64,000 nt of DNA from a virus: positions 5,560-69,559 of the IMG/VR virus record IMGVR_UViG_3300039098_000071; one strand, 5' to 3'. Positions 19,550-27,917 of the stretch are shown piece by piece. Made by a program: the position numbers and the translations under genes. Position 1 is the stretch's first letter; every line of letters starts with the position of its first letter. The notes beneath the pieces are model-generated. The model had not been told where the DNA came from. It worked only from the letters and a program-made list of their open reading frames with translations, and made no database searches.

Positions 19550-19621
19550 CACACGCCCCCCCCCCACATATTCTCGGGCACCGACCAAAAGACATAACCC
19601 AACACAATACAATATCATACT

Positions 19622-19765
19622 ATGCGAGCAGGCAAATCGATATCAATGGATCTGGACACGTGGCTCAGGATCAGCAGCATAGCGAACGAAGAGGCAGACG
19701 GCGACATCAGCGCAGCAATAGAGACGTTGTGCACAGAAGCGATTGAGCAGAGAGGCAAGGCATGA
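19622..19765 (+). CDS. 47-aa RHH-like protein (not in ORF track)
   Basis: MRAGKSISMDLDTWLRISSIANEEADGDISAAIETLCTEAI; ATGA overlap with the next gene. Confidence 0.65.
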   Translation: MRAGKSISMDLDTWLRISSIANEEADGDISAAIETLCTEAIEQRGKA

Positions 19766-20199
19766 ATCAAATATTTTCAATCATGAAATTATTGTGGGAA
19801 CAGGAGGATGCGCCAATGAGCACAGGACGCATCATGGGACGTGTCGGGTGTTCCGAGTCGGAACTGCAGGACGCGCTCCGGCGATTGATTGCACAGAAGA
19901 TCGTTAAGATGGACACCCGGCGAGTTTTGCTTGCGACACACCAAAGCACGCCACTACAGACCAGTGATCCGATCAACACAATATTTCTCCAGCAGCTCGA
20001 GATCACCTCGCCACTCAGCGATCAGTCGTTTGTGGAGTTTTTCAACATTCCGCTTTCAGACGTGCGAGCACACCTACGCGCACTCGACAGAGATGGAATG
20101 ATAGGATTGGAATCAATCAACATGCAATTCGTAACAATGATGGGTGGGCGATGGCACATTTTCAAGCGATTGCTTGCGGAATTGGTTGCGCGCCACTAA
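19762..20199 (+). CDS. tandem winged-helix protein, candidate origin-binding initiator
   Basis: Two wHTH-like units (MSTGRIMGRVGCSESELQDALRRL; FFNIPLSDVRAHLRALDRDGMI), divergent from mcm across the inverted repeat. Confidence 0.6.
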   Translation: MNQIFSIMKLLWEQEDAPMSTGRIMGRVGCSESELQDALRRLIAQKIVKMDTRRVLLATHQSTPLQTSDPINTIFLQQLEITSPLSDQSFVEFFNIPLSDVRAHLRALDRDGMIGLESINMQFVTMMGGRWHIFKRLLAELVARH

Positions 20200-20209
20200 T
20201 CGAATTTAT

Positions 20210-20310
20210 GCCGCCGGGGTAAAAGAGTGTGGTGACATGGACAATTGAATGTGATCCCGGCGGCGGTATGCCTGCGTTGTGTTTTGGAGGAGTGAACCAA
20301 TGACAACAGA
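20210..20310 (-). ncRNA. candidate two-hairpin anti-SD small RNA
   Basis: 9-bp GC stem 20210-18/20256-64 with a 37-nt loop; second hairpin contains UGUUGUCAUUGGUUCACUCCUCC, complementary to the yopX RBS/start. Confidence 0.55.
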
Positions 20311-20473
20311 TTACTATCGTTCTGCTCACACAAATAGTTTTCTGTGATTCTGATTCAGAGCCGATTTAAGCGCCTCAGATTTTCAGACACACCACCACAT
20401 CAAAAAAAGTAGATCGCCGCACACGTGGCGGCGCAGCACAGAAGAACAACGATATGATTGCACTGTTTGATTA

Positions 20474-20710
20474 TCACTGCTCCATCTCATGCACCCTCTC
20501 TTCCGCCATATACGAAACAAACATCTCTCTGATGTCTTGATACACATCTACAGCATCTCTTTCACCACACGTATCGGCATACGCCCGCACATCAGCAATC
20601 GAGCAGTCACCGATTGCATCGAATAGATCGGATGGCATCGGACCGAAGCTGCCATACGTCCGGAACAATGCAAGTATGTTGTCGATATCGATTGTGATCA
20701 TTCGTCCCAT
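20474..20710 (-). CDS. hypothetical protein
   Basis: 78 aa with GAGG RBS. Confidence 0.55.
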   Translation of the reverse strand: MGRMITIDIDNILALFRTYGSFGPMPSDLFDAIGDCSIADVRAYADTCGERDAVDVYQDIREMFVSYMAEERVHEMEQ

Positions 20711-20713
20711 GTC

Positions 20714-20974
20714 TTACCTCTCCGTTCCAACGAGCAACGCGATGCCAGCAAACAGTACGGACACAGCAATCAGAAGAATTCCGATCACGATAATGCTGCC
20801 AGGCACACACATGAAGACAAACACACCGAATGCCGTCGCTCCGGTCGCACCGATCATGCTCGCTATATGATACGCAAGGGAGATCATCGATTGTGCGACT
20901 ATAGCATCGAGAATGAATAGAGCGGCAGCAAGGCACAGCATTATGATTGCAGTTATGGTTTGTATGGTTTTCAT
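20714..20974 (-). CDS. three-TM membrane protein
   Basis: 86 aa, almost entirely hydrophobic. Confidence 0.6.
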   Translation of the reverse strand: MKTIQTITAIIMLCLAAALFILDAIVAQSMISLAYHIASMIGATGATAFGVFVFMCVPGSIIVIGILLIAVSVLFAGIALLVGTER

Positions 20975-21504
20975 TATTCACATCCCTCCATGGCTTCTTT
21001 CAATATGCTTTCTTTCTTTTGCTCGATACAAAGAACAACCCGTCGCCGTTTACTTGTCATGGTTCGTATCAATGACCTCAGTTTAGCAACTGATATAAGC
21101 ACATCCGGCACATGGGGTCTCGCTTGCGCCAACGCTGCGGCATCATAATTATATGCATCTGCCTTTTCCAGCAGCTTCTTTTTATATGGGTTATATCGCC
21201 ACAGTTCAGTGGCTCGTTTCTCGCAGTTTTGTGCATCGTTATTTAGCTTGTTGTTCTGCGCGTCGATGTCGGCAGTGGGATCAGGCGAATGTATATACGG
21301 ATACATGACGTTGTACGTGTCTTGTCTCGAATGTAAATAGTTCTGCATATCTGGGGGTGCGTGTCGTAGCAACTGATAATACTCTGAACGAGTTGCGCCA
21401 ATTCGCAACCACGTTTCTGTGATACAGCTGTGCAATTCGCTGATATCATTCTGTAATCCGGTGTTGTAATCCTCCAATGTTGATATCGCATCAATTGTTA
21501 TCAT
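20974..21504 (-). CDS. coiled-coil hypothetical protein
   Basis: 176 aa helical, GGAGTGA RBS. Confidence 0.6.
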   Translation of the reverse strand: MITIDAISTLEDYNTGLQNDISELHSCITETWLRIGATRSEYYQLLRHAPPDMQNYLHSRQDTYNVMYPYIHSPDPTADIDAQNNKLNNDAQNCEKRATELWRYNPYKKKLLEKADAYNYDAAALAQARPHVPDVLISVAKLRSLIRTMTSKRRRVVLCIEQKKESILKEAMEGCE

Positions 21505-21506
21505 TA

Positions 21507-21803
21507 TTAATCACTCCAAGCGTGTATGATCTCATCATGCGGCGTTTGCAAAACTTTTATAAGTGTGTCACTGTCGATGTCGAGCACAACCACAAGATCT
21601 TTGTACATACTGATGTTGAGTGAACACAGCTCATCACACTGTTTTTCAAGTGTGTAACACAGTGCGAGGTACGCGTCTTCGTTTAGCAATACGCACCATG
21701 CGGTTAAATTGTTCTCTCGCAACACACGTATTTTTTCGCAGATGTCATCCTCGATCGTTTCGGCAAGCGACATACTGAACGGCACAACAATTTCTATTGG
21801 CAT
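21507..21803 (-). CDS. hypothetical protein (leaderless start MPIEI)
   Basis: ATG lies 23 nt downstream of the conserved TTAAGTA box. Confidence 0.6.
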   Translation of the reverse strand: MPIEIVVPFSMSLAETIEDDICEKIRVLRENNLTAWCVLLNEDAYLALCYTLEKQCDELCSLNISMYKDLVVVLDIDSDTLIKVLQTPHDEIIHAWSD

Positions 21804-21824
21804 AATGTGTATGGTGGCATGCAG

Positions 21825-21841
21825 GTACTTAAGGGTTCTGC
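21825..21841 (-). promoter_or_regulatory. conserved viral BRE/TATA promoter GCAGAACCCTTAAGTAC
   Basis: Identical 17-mer at 26789-26805 and 16/17 at 56845-56861; variants at 50817(+), 50461(+), 35321(-). Confidence 0.75.
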
Positions 21842-23170
21842 TCATGTCCGATGTGCCCCGCCATGCGCAGACAAGAACCCAGGCGGCAGTCGCACAGGTG
21901 GTTTATTTGCCTCTGAAAACAGCAGATACCGGCAGCAATCCATACCATGGTCGTTCTCTTTCGTCGGTTCCTCTTTTGCGCTTTTGTCCTTCCACAGATA
22001 CCCCTGAAATTCGGTGGTGGTGTGCGTCGGCTTCTTTGCATTGATGAGGTGCTGGTCAACCTCGGTCAATGCATCGGAAAAGAAATACACCCCTGCCTTT
22101 CCTGCCACGTTGAACGTCAGTTTTGAGTACACTTCTTGTATGCCTTCACTGACGTTCTTGATTGCCGCAGTTGTCTCTACTCCGTACTTCTCGAGCGTTG
22201 CGCGCCCTTCTGCGTCGTGGTCTGCATACGTTATATCGATTGTTTCTCCTTCCGACAACCTCGTGATGTCTCGTGCGTGGTCCTCAACCAGTCGGCGAGA
22301 CATGTATATTTCTCGATACATATATGCGGCGTCGTCCGGGTCAAACGCAAACCACTGACACACGAACGGATTGGTGTATCCAAAGTCCACTACCCTAACA
22401 CGCCGCCAGTCGGCAGGTATCTCGAACGACTCAATCACGTGTCTGGTCGGATCGAACACAGGATACACCAGCCCCTCGAATGCGGTCCATTTCCCGAGCA
22501 CGTACCTGTCTCGATACATCCCCTTGAAATCGTCGAGACGATAAATGTAATCTTCCGGGTTAAACGTGTTTTGCAACGCGTTGCTCTCAACAACAGAGGT
22601 AAGGCGGGATCCATCCTTTTTCGATCGCGGCAGGTCCTCGTAAAATCGTTTGTACAGAAAATGCTCTGGATACCCCGGATTGGTAGCCATGAATATCTGC
22701 CGCATCGGAACGTTCGCCTGTCGCAAACGACCAAGCAACATGACATAATCATCCTCGTTGATCTCGACCGCTTCATCAACGGCGATCCATCCCACCTCGA
22801 GTGATCCCCACTTATCCGGGTCGTCCAGTCCGCCGTAGATGATTTCACTGCCGTTTGCAAGCGCAATCAACTGTTCCGATTTGTTATGATTCAGAATCGC
22901 ATCGGGTGGTATGACTGGCTGCCCACCAGTCCCGCGCAGAAGTGTTCGAAGAGTGGTATGCCTGAGGCTCTTCATTGTCTTGCGCACAATCAGCCCGAAG
23001 TTGCCGGGATAGTACACGCTCAGGAAATACGCCTTCTCGCACAGTATCTTTGTCTTCCCTGCACCAAATGCACCGCTGTACAATAGCTCAGGTGTGACGT
23101 CCTCCATGAACTTTCGCTGTCCTGGCAGCAGCTCAAGTTTCTGTTGGTTCGGGGTATTTGCTCTGGTCAA
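21842..23170 (-). CDS. terL: terminase large subunit (PBSX/Terminase_6 type)
   Basis: GAFGAGKT, IAVDEA, ATNPG, VDFGYTNP and DHGMDCCRY motifs. Confidence 0.95.
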   Translation of the reverse strand: MTRANTPNQQKLELLPGQRKFMEDVTPELLYSGAFGAGKTKILCEKAYFLSVYYPGNFGLIVRKTMKSLRHTTLRTLLRGTGGQPVIPPDAILNHNKSEQLIALANGSEIIYGGLDDPDKWGSLEVGWIAVDEAVEINEDDYVMLLGRLRQANVPMRQIFMATNPGYPEHFLYKRFYEDLPRSKKDGSRLTSVVESNALQNTFNPEDYIYRLDDFKGMYRDRYVLGKWTAFEGLVYPVFDPTRHVIESFEIPADWRRVRVVDFGYTNPFVCQWFAFDPDDAAYMYREIYMSRRLVEDHARDITRLSEGETIDITYADHDAEGRATLEKYGVETTAAIKNVSEGIQEVYSKLTFNVAGKAGVYFFSDALTEVDQHLINAKKPTHTTTEFQGYLWKDKSAKEEPTKENDHGMDCCRYLLFSEANKPPVRLPPGFLSAHGGAHRT

Positions 23171-23684
23171 AATCGTACATCTTCACGCTGTGCTGAATGT
23201 TCACTGCGTCAGACTCTCCCCTGATCTTCCGGGCGGTCTCAACGATCTTGACCTGCACAGAGTTCAGTCGTGACAACGCATTATACAATGCTGTCATGTC
23301 TGCGGTGGTTTCCGGTGGCACGGTCACGTATAGCTCGCCGTCTTCGGTCGTCTGTGTCACCGCATTAAGTGCAGAAAAGATCAGTGGCTTGACCGCATCG
23401 ATCTCGCTCATAGCACTGTCGAGCTGCTCAAGTTCCTTGATCTTTGCATCAACCACAACCGCCGCAGAGGACTCCTGTATGCCCTCTCTGACTGCGGCAT
23501 CACGTAGCGCCACTCGGTCTCGCCACTTGTACTTTTGAGACCATCTTTTCATCGTGTCTACACTTGGTGTATTCTTCGAGTTTCGTTTGTGTAGCCGTTC
23601 GTGTAATTTCACTATGCTGCGCGATGCACCAATGGTGTAGTACACCTCGAATGCCTTGTCAACATCGATGAGACTCTTTGCCAT
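23133..23684 (-). CDS. terS: terminase small subunit
   Basis: Directly upstream of terL; AFEVYY..G..RS...MKRWSQKYKWRDRV HTH pattern. Confidence 0.7.
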   Translation of the reverse strand: MAKSLIDVDKAFEVYYTIGASRSIVKLHERLHKRNSKNTPSVDTMKRWSQKYKWRDRVALRDAAVREGIQESSAAVVVDAKIKELEQLDSAMSEIDAVKPLIFSALNAVTQTTEDGELYVTVPPETTADMTALYNALSRLNSVQVKIVETARKIRGESDAVNIQHSVKMYDFDQSKYPEPTET

Positions 23685-23975
23685 GCTCTATAATATACTT
23701 GATGTGGTATTTTAAGTTTTCTCTGCTTTGTCACACATTCTCCGCCCACGGATCGATCTTGTCATGCAAACGATACAGCTTTGTCCCTCGCCAACACTCG
23801 TGCGGCGTCTCCTCGTGCCCAACATGCACCAATTCCCCCCGCAACTGGAAGTAGCGCAGGAGGGAGGGATTGACCCGCACGTCGTGATGTGCAAACGACT
23901 TGTTATGTCGCCTACACCACAAGACAACTTTCGCCCACGCATCATATCGCTTACCTTTGTGTCTACACCCCATTG

Positions 23976-24188
23976 TTACCGCTCCAGCTTAGCACAATGT
24001 ACTTCATAATGTGTTGATGCTAATATCACAGCCTCACGTAATTCCGATGGGGTATAGTACCCATTATAGATTTGTGATTCTATTGTATCCACAAGCATGT
24101 GGAACATGGAATCTGTACGATATCTATACTCAGCAAAATGATCACGTGCATGGTTCTGCAAATCTGCTATGTGTTCGGTTGTTGGCAT
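23976..24188 (-). CDS. small phage protein
   Basis: RY..D..FH.LVD...YTPSELREAVILAS..YE; GGAGG RBS. Confidence 0.55.
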   Translation of the reverse strand: MPTTEHIADLQNHARDHFAEYRYRTDSMFHMLVDTIESQIYNGYYTPSELREAVILASTHYEVHCAKLER

Positions 24189-24190
24189 AC

Positions 24191-24460
24191 TTACAGCCTC
24201 CTCTCTGCCATTCTGTCGATGATCACCGCAAGCTTCTTGACTGCACACATGCCGTTAAGCATGAGCCACTGGCAGTCCTCTCTGCATCGTCCGCCGAACG
24301 GACAGTGTTTGCGCTGAAGGGGTTTATCAGCAGCTATGACCCGGATCGCTGTTGTTGGATCTACCAGGTGCTCGCAGTTCCGGCATTTAAACTGCCACGT
24401 CTCGGTGTGTTGTGATGCGGTTCCGCAGCGTGGGCATACGTAGCCGGTCCATGGGGTCAT
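24191..24460 (-). CDS. Cys-rich zinc-binding protein
   Basis: CPRCG...CRNC and CPF...C...C.W...CA clusters. Confidence 0.6.
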   Translation of the reverse strand: MTPWTGYVCPRCGTASQHTETWQFKCRNCEHLVDPTTAIRVIAADKPLQRKHCPFGGRCREDCQWLMLNGMCAVKKLAVIIDRMAERRL

Positions 24461-24659
24461 TTGTAACACCTGCCGAAATTGCTAAAGTCTTGTTCTACTT
24501 CTTTTAATGACATGTTCTTTTTGATCGCCGCCCATGATATCATGCATTTCTTATCACAGAAAATCGGGATGGTGTCGGCTTCATCCAGAATATGCATCAC
24601 ATAATTACTAAAATACCGGTGTGCGTGGGACTTGAAACAATACGCACATGATCGTTCCG

Positions 24660-24818
24660 TCATGTCTCCACCTTGTCTCCAACCTTCTCTACGTATATCC
24701 TGACATAGTCACCCTCGTTTATGTCGTGCACTTTGCACGCTTTCCGGATTGTGACACGGTGGAGTGTTTGCACCATGCATATCCCGCAATCTATCTTATC
24801 TTCTGTTTGTTCTGTCAT
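24660..24818 (-). CDS. AbrB/SpoVT-like small DNA-binding protein
   Basis: VQTLHRVTI......DINEGDYVRIYVEK. Confidence 0.65.
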   Translation of the reverse strand: MTEQTEDKIDCGICMVQTLHRVTIRKACKVHDINEGDYVRIYVEKVGDKVET

Positions 24819-24819
24819 A

Positions 24820-25215
24820 TTATACATATCCTGCAATTTTAATTGCTGCATCGTCTCCGTATAATGTAACTGCTCGATTGCACCAAAACTTAAGCCACTT
24901 CATGCAATCGGTACGGATCGGATCGTCGCATTGATCATCCAATGCATTTATTCGATCTATCCACGGCGTGATAAATGCAACGTCTTGATCGTTCGAGTCT
25001 GGATAATCCCGCATTTCCGTATAAATATCATATAGATACTTATTAAAAAATCCATACAATGCTACCGCCCCACTACGTTTCGCGGCACGTGGGCGAACAG
25101 CGTACTTTGGATCACATACGTCATACGTTTCTGGTACACACGGGGATACAGACACGTATGCCTTGTTACCATACTCTTCTATACACACTTGTCCGATTGT
25201 AATATCTAATGTCAT
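24820..25215 (-). CDS. hypothetical protein
   Basis: 131 aa with GGAG RBS. Confidence 0.55.
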   Translation of the reverse strand: MTLDITIGQVCIEEYGNKAYVSVSPCVPETYDVCDPKYAVRPRAAKRSGAVALYGFFNKYLYDIYTEMRDYPDSNDQDVAFITPWIDRINALDDQCDDPIRTDCMKWLKFWCNRAVTLYGDDAAIKIAGYV

Positions 25216-25217
25216 GT

Positions 25218-26390
25218 TTATTTCTCCTGATCAAAATACGTTTCTATATGTGGCGTGTGCGCCATACTGCGCTCCCTGATTAATGTCTCATAATCCGGAT
25301 TCAGTTCGAAGCCGATCGCATTCCGGTTCAGCTTGCGGCAGACCTCCAGTACTGTGCCGGATCCGCAGAACGGATCAAGCACCGTGCCAGTGACCCAGCC
25401 GGCGCCACATGAGCAGGCGGTCCAGCCGGTTGTCTCGATCGATGTTATGCCGCGTGGGACCCCCTGCCACTGGTTCGATGCGTCCATGGGCTTCTGGTCG
25501 TTCGCACCACGGACCCCCTTCTCAGCAGACACGTCTTGCTGCGGCACAAATTCACGATCAACTATCCGCGCCCGGATGTGCCCGCAATCCGGGCATATCT
25601 CTGCGGGGCACGCCGCCCTGATCATCGGATCTATTAGTGTAGTCGGGAATGTGGCAAAATGCGACTCTGGGTACGGTTTCGTGTTTATGGTCCAGACGTC
25701 ACCCGGATTCTTTCCGAGCGAGTGAAATGCGTTCGGTGCTTTGCTACCGCCAGGTGGGTCACGCATGCCATTGGGTTTGTATGCTTTCTGTGCGTTCTCT
25801 GTTCGTTTCACTTCCTTTTGGGTCCGCCCATAATGCGCACGGGGATTGTTCTGTGCATGCGGCGTACCGGCATCGCCGCCCTTCCGGCTCCACACTTCAG
25901 CGTATTTCGCAGGGACCCGGACCGCATCGAGATCGAACCAGTACTTTTTGCTCTTTGTAAGCATGTAAACCGGCTCATACTTGTTTGCAAACCTGTCACG
26001 CACGCTGGATGGCATCCCATTACTTTTGTGCCAGATAATTCTATTCCTTAATATAAATCCCTGCTCATCGATCATCCGCATGATTAGCCGCTCGTTCTGC
26101 ATGGTGAGGCATTTTGCAGTAGTGTTACCCGAACCACCGTAACTGTCACCATGGTTCCAGAATAAGACCGCTGTAGGCTTCATAACACGTTTTATCTCCG
26201 CCGTAACCTCCAGCAGCCGATCATGATACTCTTCGAGCGTTGGTTCAAGCCCGATCTGCCCATCGACTTGATAATCTCTCAGAAAGTAATATGGCGGACT
26301 CGTAACTATTGTATCTATACTGTCTGCCGGTACACAACGCAATAATTCAATGCAATCACCTATCTCATACGTTTGTGAGGATACCGTCAT
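25218..26390 (-). CDS. beta-class DNA methyltransferase (N4-C/N6-A) with zinc-ribbon insertion
   Basis: GDC...TSPPY, IIWHK, HFATFP and VLDPFCGSGT...GFELN motifs; likely start MTVSS at 26390. Confidence 0.9.
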   Translation of the reverse strand: MTVSSQTYEIGDCIELLRCVPADSIDTIVTSPPYYFLRDYQVDGQIGLEPTLEEYHDRLLEVTAEIKRVMKPTAVLFWNHGDSYGGSGNTTAKCLTMQNERLIMRMIDEQGFILRNRIIWHKSNGMPSSVRDRFANKYEPVYMLTKSKKYWFDLDAVRVPAKYAEVWSRKGGDAGTPHAQNNPRAHYGRTQKEVKRTENAQKAYKPNGMRDPPGGSKAPNAFHSLGKNPGDVWTINTKPYPESHFATFPTTLIDPMIRAACPAEICPDCGHIRARIVDREFVPQQDVSAEKGVRGANDQKPMDASNQWQGVPRGITSIETTGWTACSCGAGWVTGTVLDPFCGSGTVLEVCRKLNRNAIGFELNPDYETLIRERSMAHTPHIETYFDQEK

Positions 26391-26594
26391 GGTACACTGA
26401 TATGATACTTGATAGTATATATAGCCATCGGTCGCAAACCTGATACCACAAGAGAAACAAACACTCGTCCGTGCCACCTTGCTATGCGGAGATGGTCGTA
26501 ATCTGCGCCGACTGCCGGCAGCCGCACCTCTGCAAAGATAAGATTGCCGACGGCTCCTGTGCATTAAAACAAGTCGAAGAGCAGAAATGATAGT

Positions 26595-26647
26595 ACAGAC
26601 GACCGCGGCAAGTGGGGTTTTGCTGGTGTGATCGCGATCATCTGCCC
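26595..26647 (-). ncRNA. candidate stem-loop small RNA or structured leader
   Basis: Starts 22 nt after TTTAAATA (26669-76); 13-bp stem with G-U pairs; loop AUCACACCAGCAAAACCCCACUUGC. Confidence 0.5.
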
Positions 26648-26696
26648 AACACAACATTACGACACTGGTATTTAAACGTTGTGTAACAAAGGAGGC

Positions 26697-26767
26697 AGCA
26701 GGCGACTGCCAAAAAAGAATGAAGGATTGTGGATGCCCATGAAATGTGTAGTGTGTTGTCGCCTGCC
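26697..26767 (-). ncRNA. candidate stem-closed small RNA
   Basis: Starts 23 nt after the conserved promoter; GGCAGGCGAC/GUCGCCUGCU stem with a 51-nt G-poor loop. Confidence 0.55.
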
Positions 26768-26788
26768 ATAACTATCTACGCCCCCAAG

Positions 26789-26805
26789 GTACTTAAGGGT
26801 TCTGC
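26789..26805 (-). promoter_or_regulatory. conserved promoter GCAGAACCCTTAAGTAC, possibly bidirectional
   Basis: Exact copy of 21825-21841; a plus-strand ORF starts at 26822. Confidence 0.7.
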
Positions 26806-26821
26806 ACATAACACACATCAC

Positions 26822-27085
26822 ATGACAGAAATGAGACGCATTAAGATCACCCACGAAGATTACAAACAACTCGATTCAGAATTCAACGCCGATTCTGCGC
26901 GCAATGCACCGGCTGGGTTCCTTGTGCATAGTGTGCTCGAACAGAATGCCGAACTTAAGCAGCGCGTGAAAGAACTTGAATTGTTATTATCGCGGGTCGC
27001 CACAATGAATGTATCGAACGCAAAAAACAGAAATGCGGCGTGGGACACACTGGACGCCGCTGTCATCGAGTTAAAAACGATGTGA
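26822..27085 (+). CDS. small DNA-binding/coiled-coil protein
   Basis: MRRIKITHEDYKQL beta-alpha start followed by a heptad repeat. Confidence 0.55.
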   Translation: MTEMRRIKITHEDYKQLDSEFNADSARNAPAGFLVHSVLEQNAELKQRVKELELLLSRVATMNVSNAKNRNAAWDTLDAAVIELKTM

Positions 27086-27097
27086 TATCAAAGTCGG

Positions 27098-27445
27098 TTA
27101 CTTTAGATCATTGATGCAACACGAACATAATGCTCGACCATTGTAGCAAACCAGATCATCATCCTTCCCACATTCATCACATTGGTGTTCATTGATCCAA
27201 TCATATAGCCCTCTGATCAGCGCATCGCGACAATCATCAACCATGCCAATCGGTAACTGGGAGACATCCGCATCACGCACCCAGCGCGTCCGTATAGCAA
27301 TATAATCAGTGTCTCCATATATGATCTCGCCAGAGTCGTAAACAATCTTCTTTGCTTCTTTTGCCGTCGATGCAACGACCGCGAACCCGCCCACGTTTTC
27401 ACCGTTGTTGCATACGTAATATCCTCTTTTATTCATGTTTCTCAT
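27098..27445 (-). CDS. hypothetical protein with C-terminal zinc finger
   Basis: VVASTAKEAK...CDECG...LCSCC. Confidence 0.6.
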   Translation of the reverse strand: MRNMNKRGYYVCNNGENVGGFAVVASTAKEAKKIVYDSGEIIYGDTDYIAIRTRWVRDADVSQLPIGMVDDCRDALIRGLYDWINEHQCDECGKDDDLVCYNGRALCSCCINDLK

Positions 27446-27453
27446 GTCCCATG

Positions 27454-27726
27454 TTATGATGGTCGTGTATAAACAATCCGATACACATTCTGTATCACGT
27501 TTTTGCTCCGCACACGCACAGTCTCCGTACCGACCTTCATAATTCCCTTTCGATGTATAAGTCGTTGTATGTCATTCACATCTATCCCAATTGCCTTTAC
27601 GTCACGTAACATGAACCGCTTGGTATCATGTGCCGCGCACCACTCTGAAAGCTTGCGATAAGCAATGCGTGGCGCGCCAGGTGCATTGATATACTGATTA
27701 CCGCTCGATGCTGTTCCCATAATCAC
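27454..27726 (-). CDS. putative wHTH protein
   Basis: WC..HD..RF.L.DV...I..L..RKGI.KVG...NVYRI resembles the C-terminal half of the 16099 family. Confidence 0.5.
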   Translation of the reverse strand: MIMGTASSGNQYINAPGAPRIAYRKLSEWCAAHDTKRFMLRDVKAIGIDVNDIQRLIHRKGIMKVGTETVRVRSKNVIQNVYRIVYTRPS

Positions 27727-27917
27727 ACCTCGGTGTCGTCGTCTTCGGTTTTTTGCAATGTGTCAACCATGTCCATCTTTCCTTCTATTATTCCTTCGTC
27801 TTTTGCTATGTCAGCTTCAATCCGCAAGATTCGCATCTTGTTTCCATCGATCCTGTGCCGGAGCGCGGCGACCTCTGCCTTGGTCGCTTGTATTATTTCA
27901 TCAATTGTTTTCATTAT

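Noticed and set aside
26391-26657. 89-aa N-terminal extension of the methyltransferase
   Set aside because: The MTase fold begins at MTVSS, with a TATA-like TATATATA about 25 nt upstream; the extension overlaps predicted RNA structure
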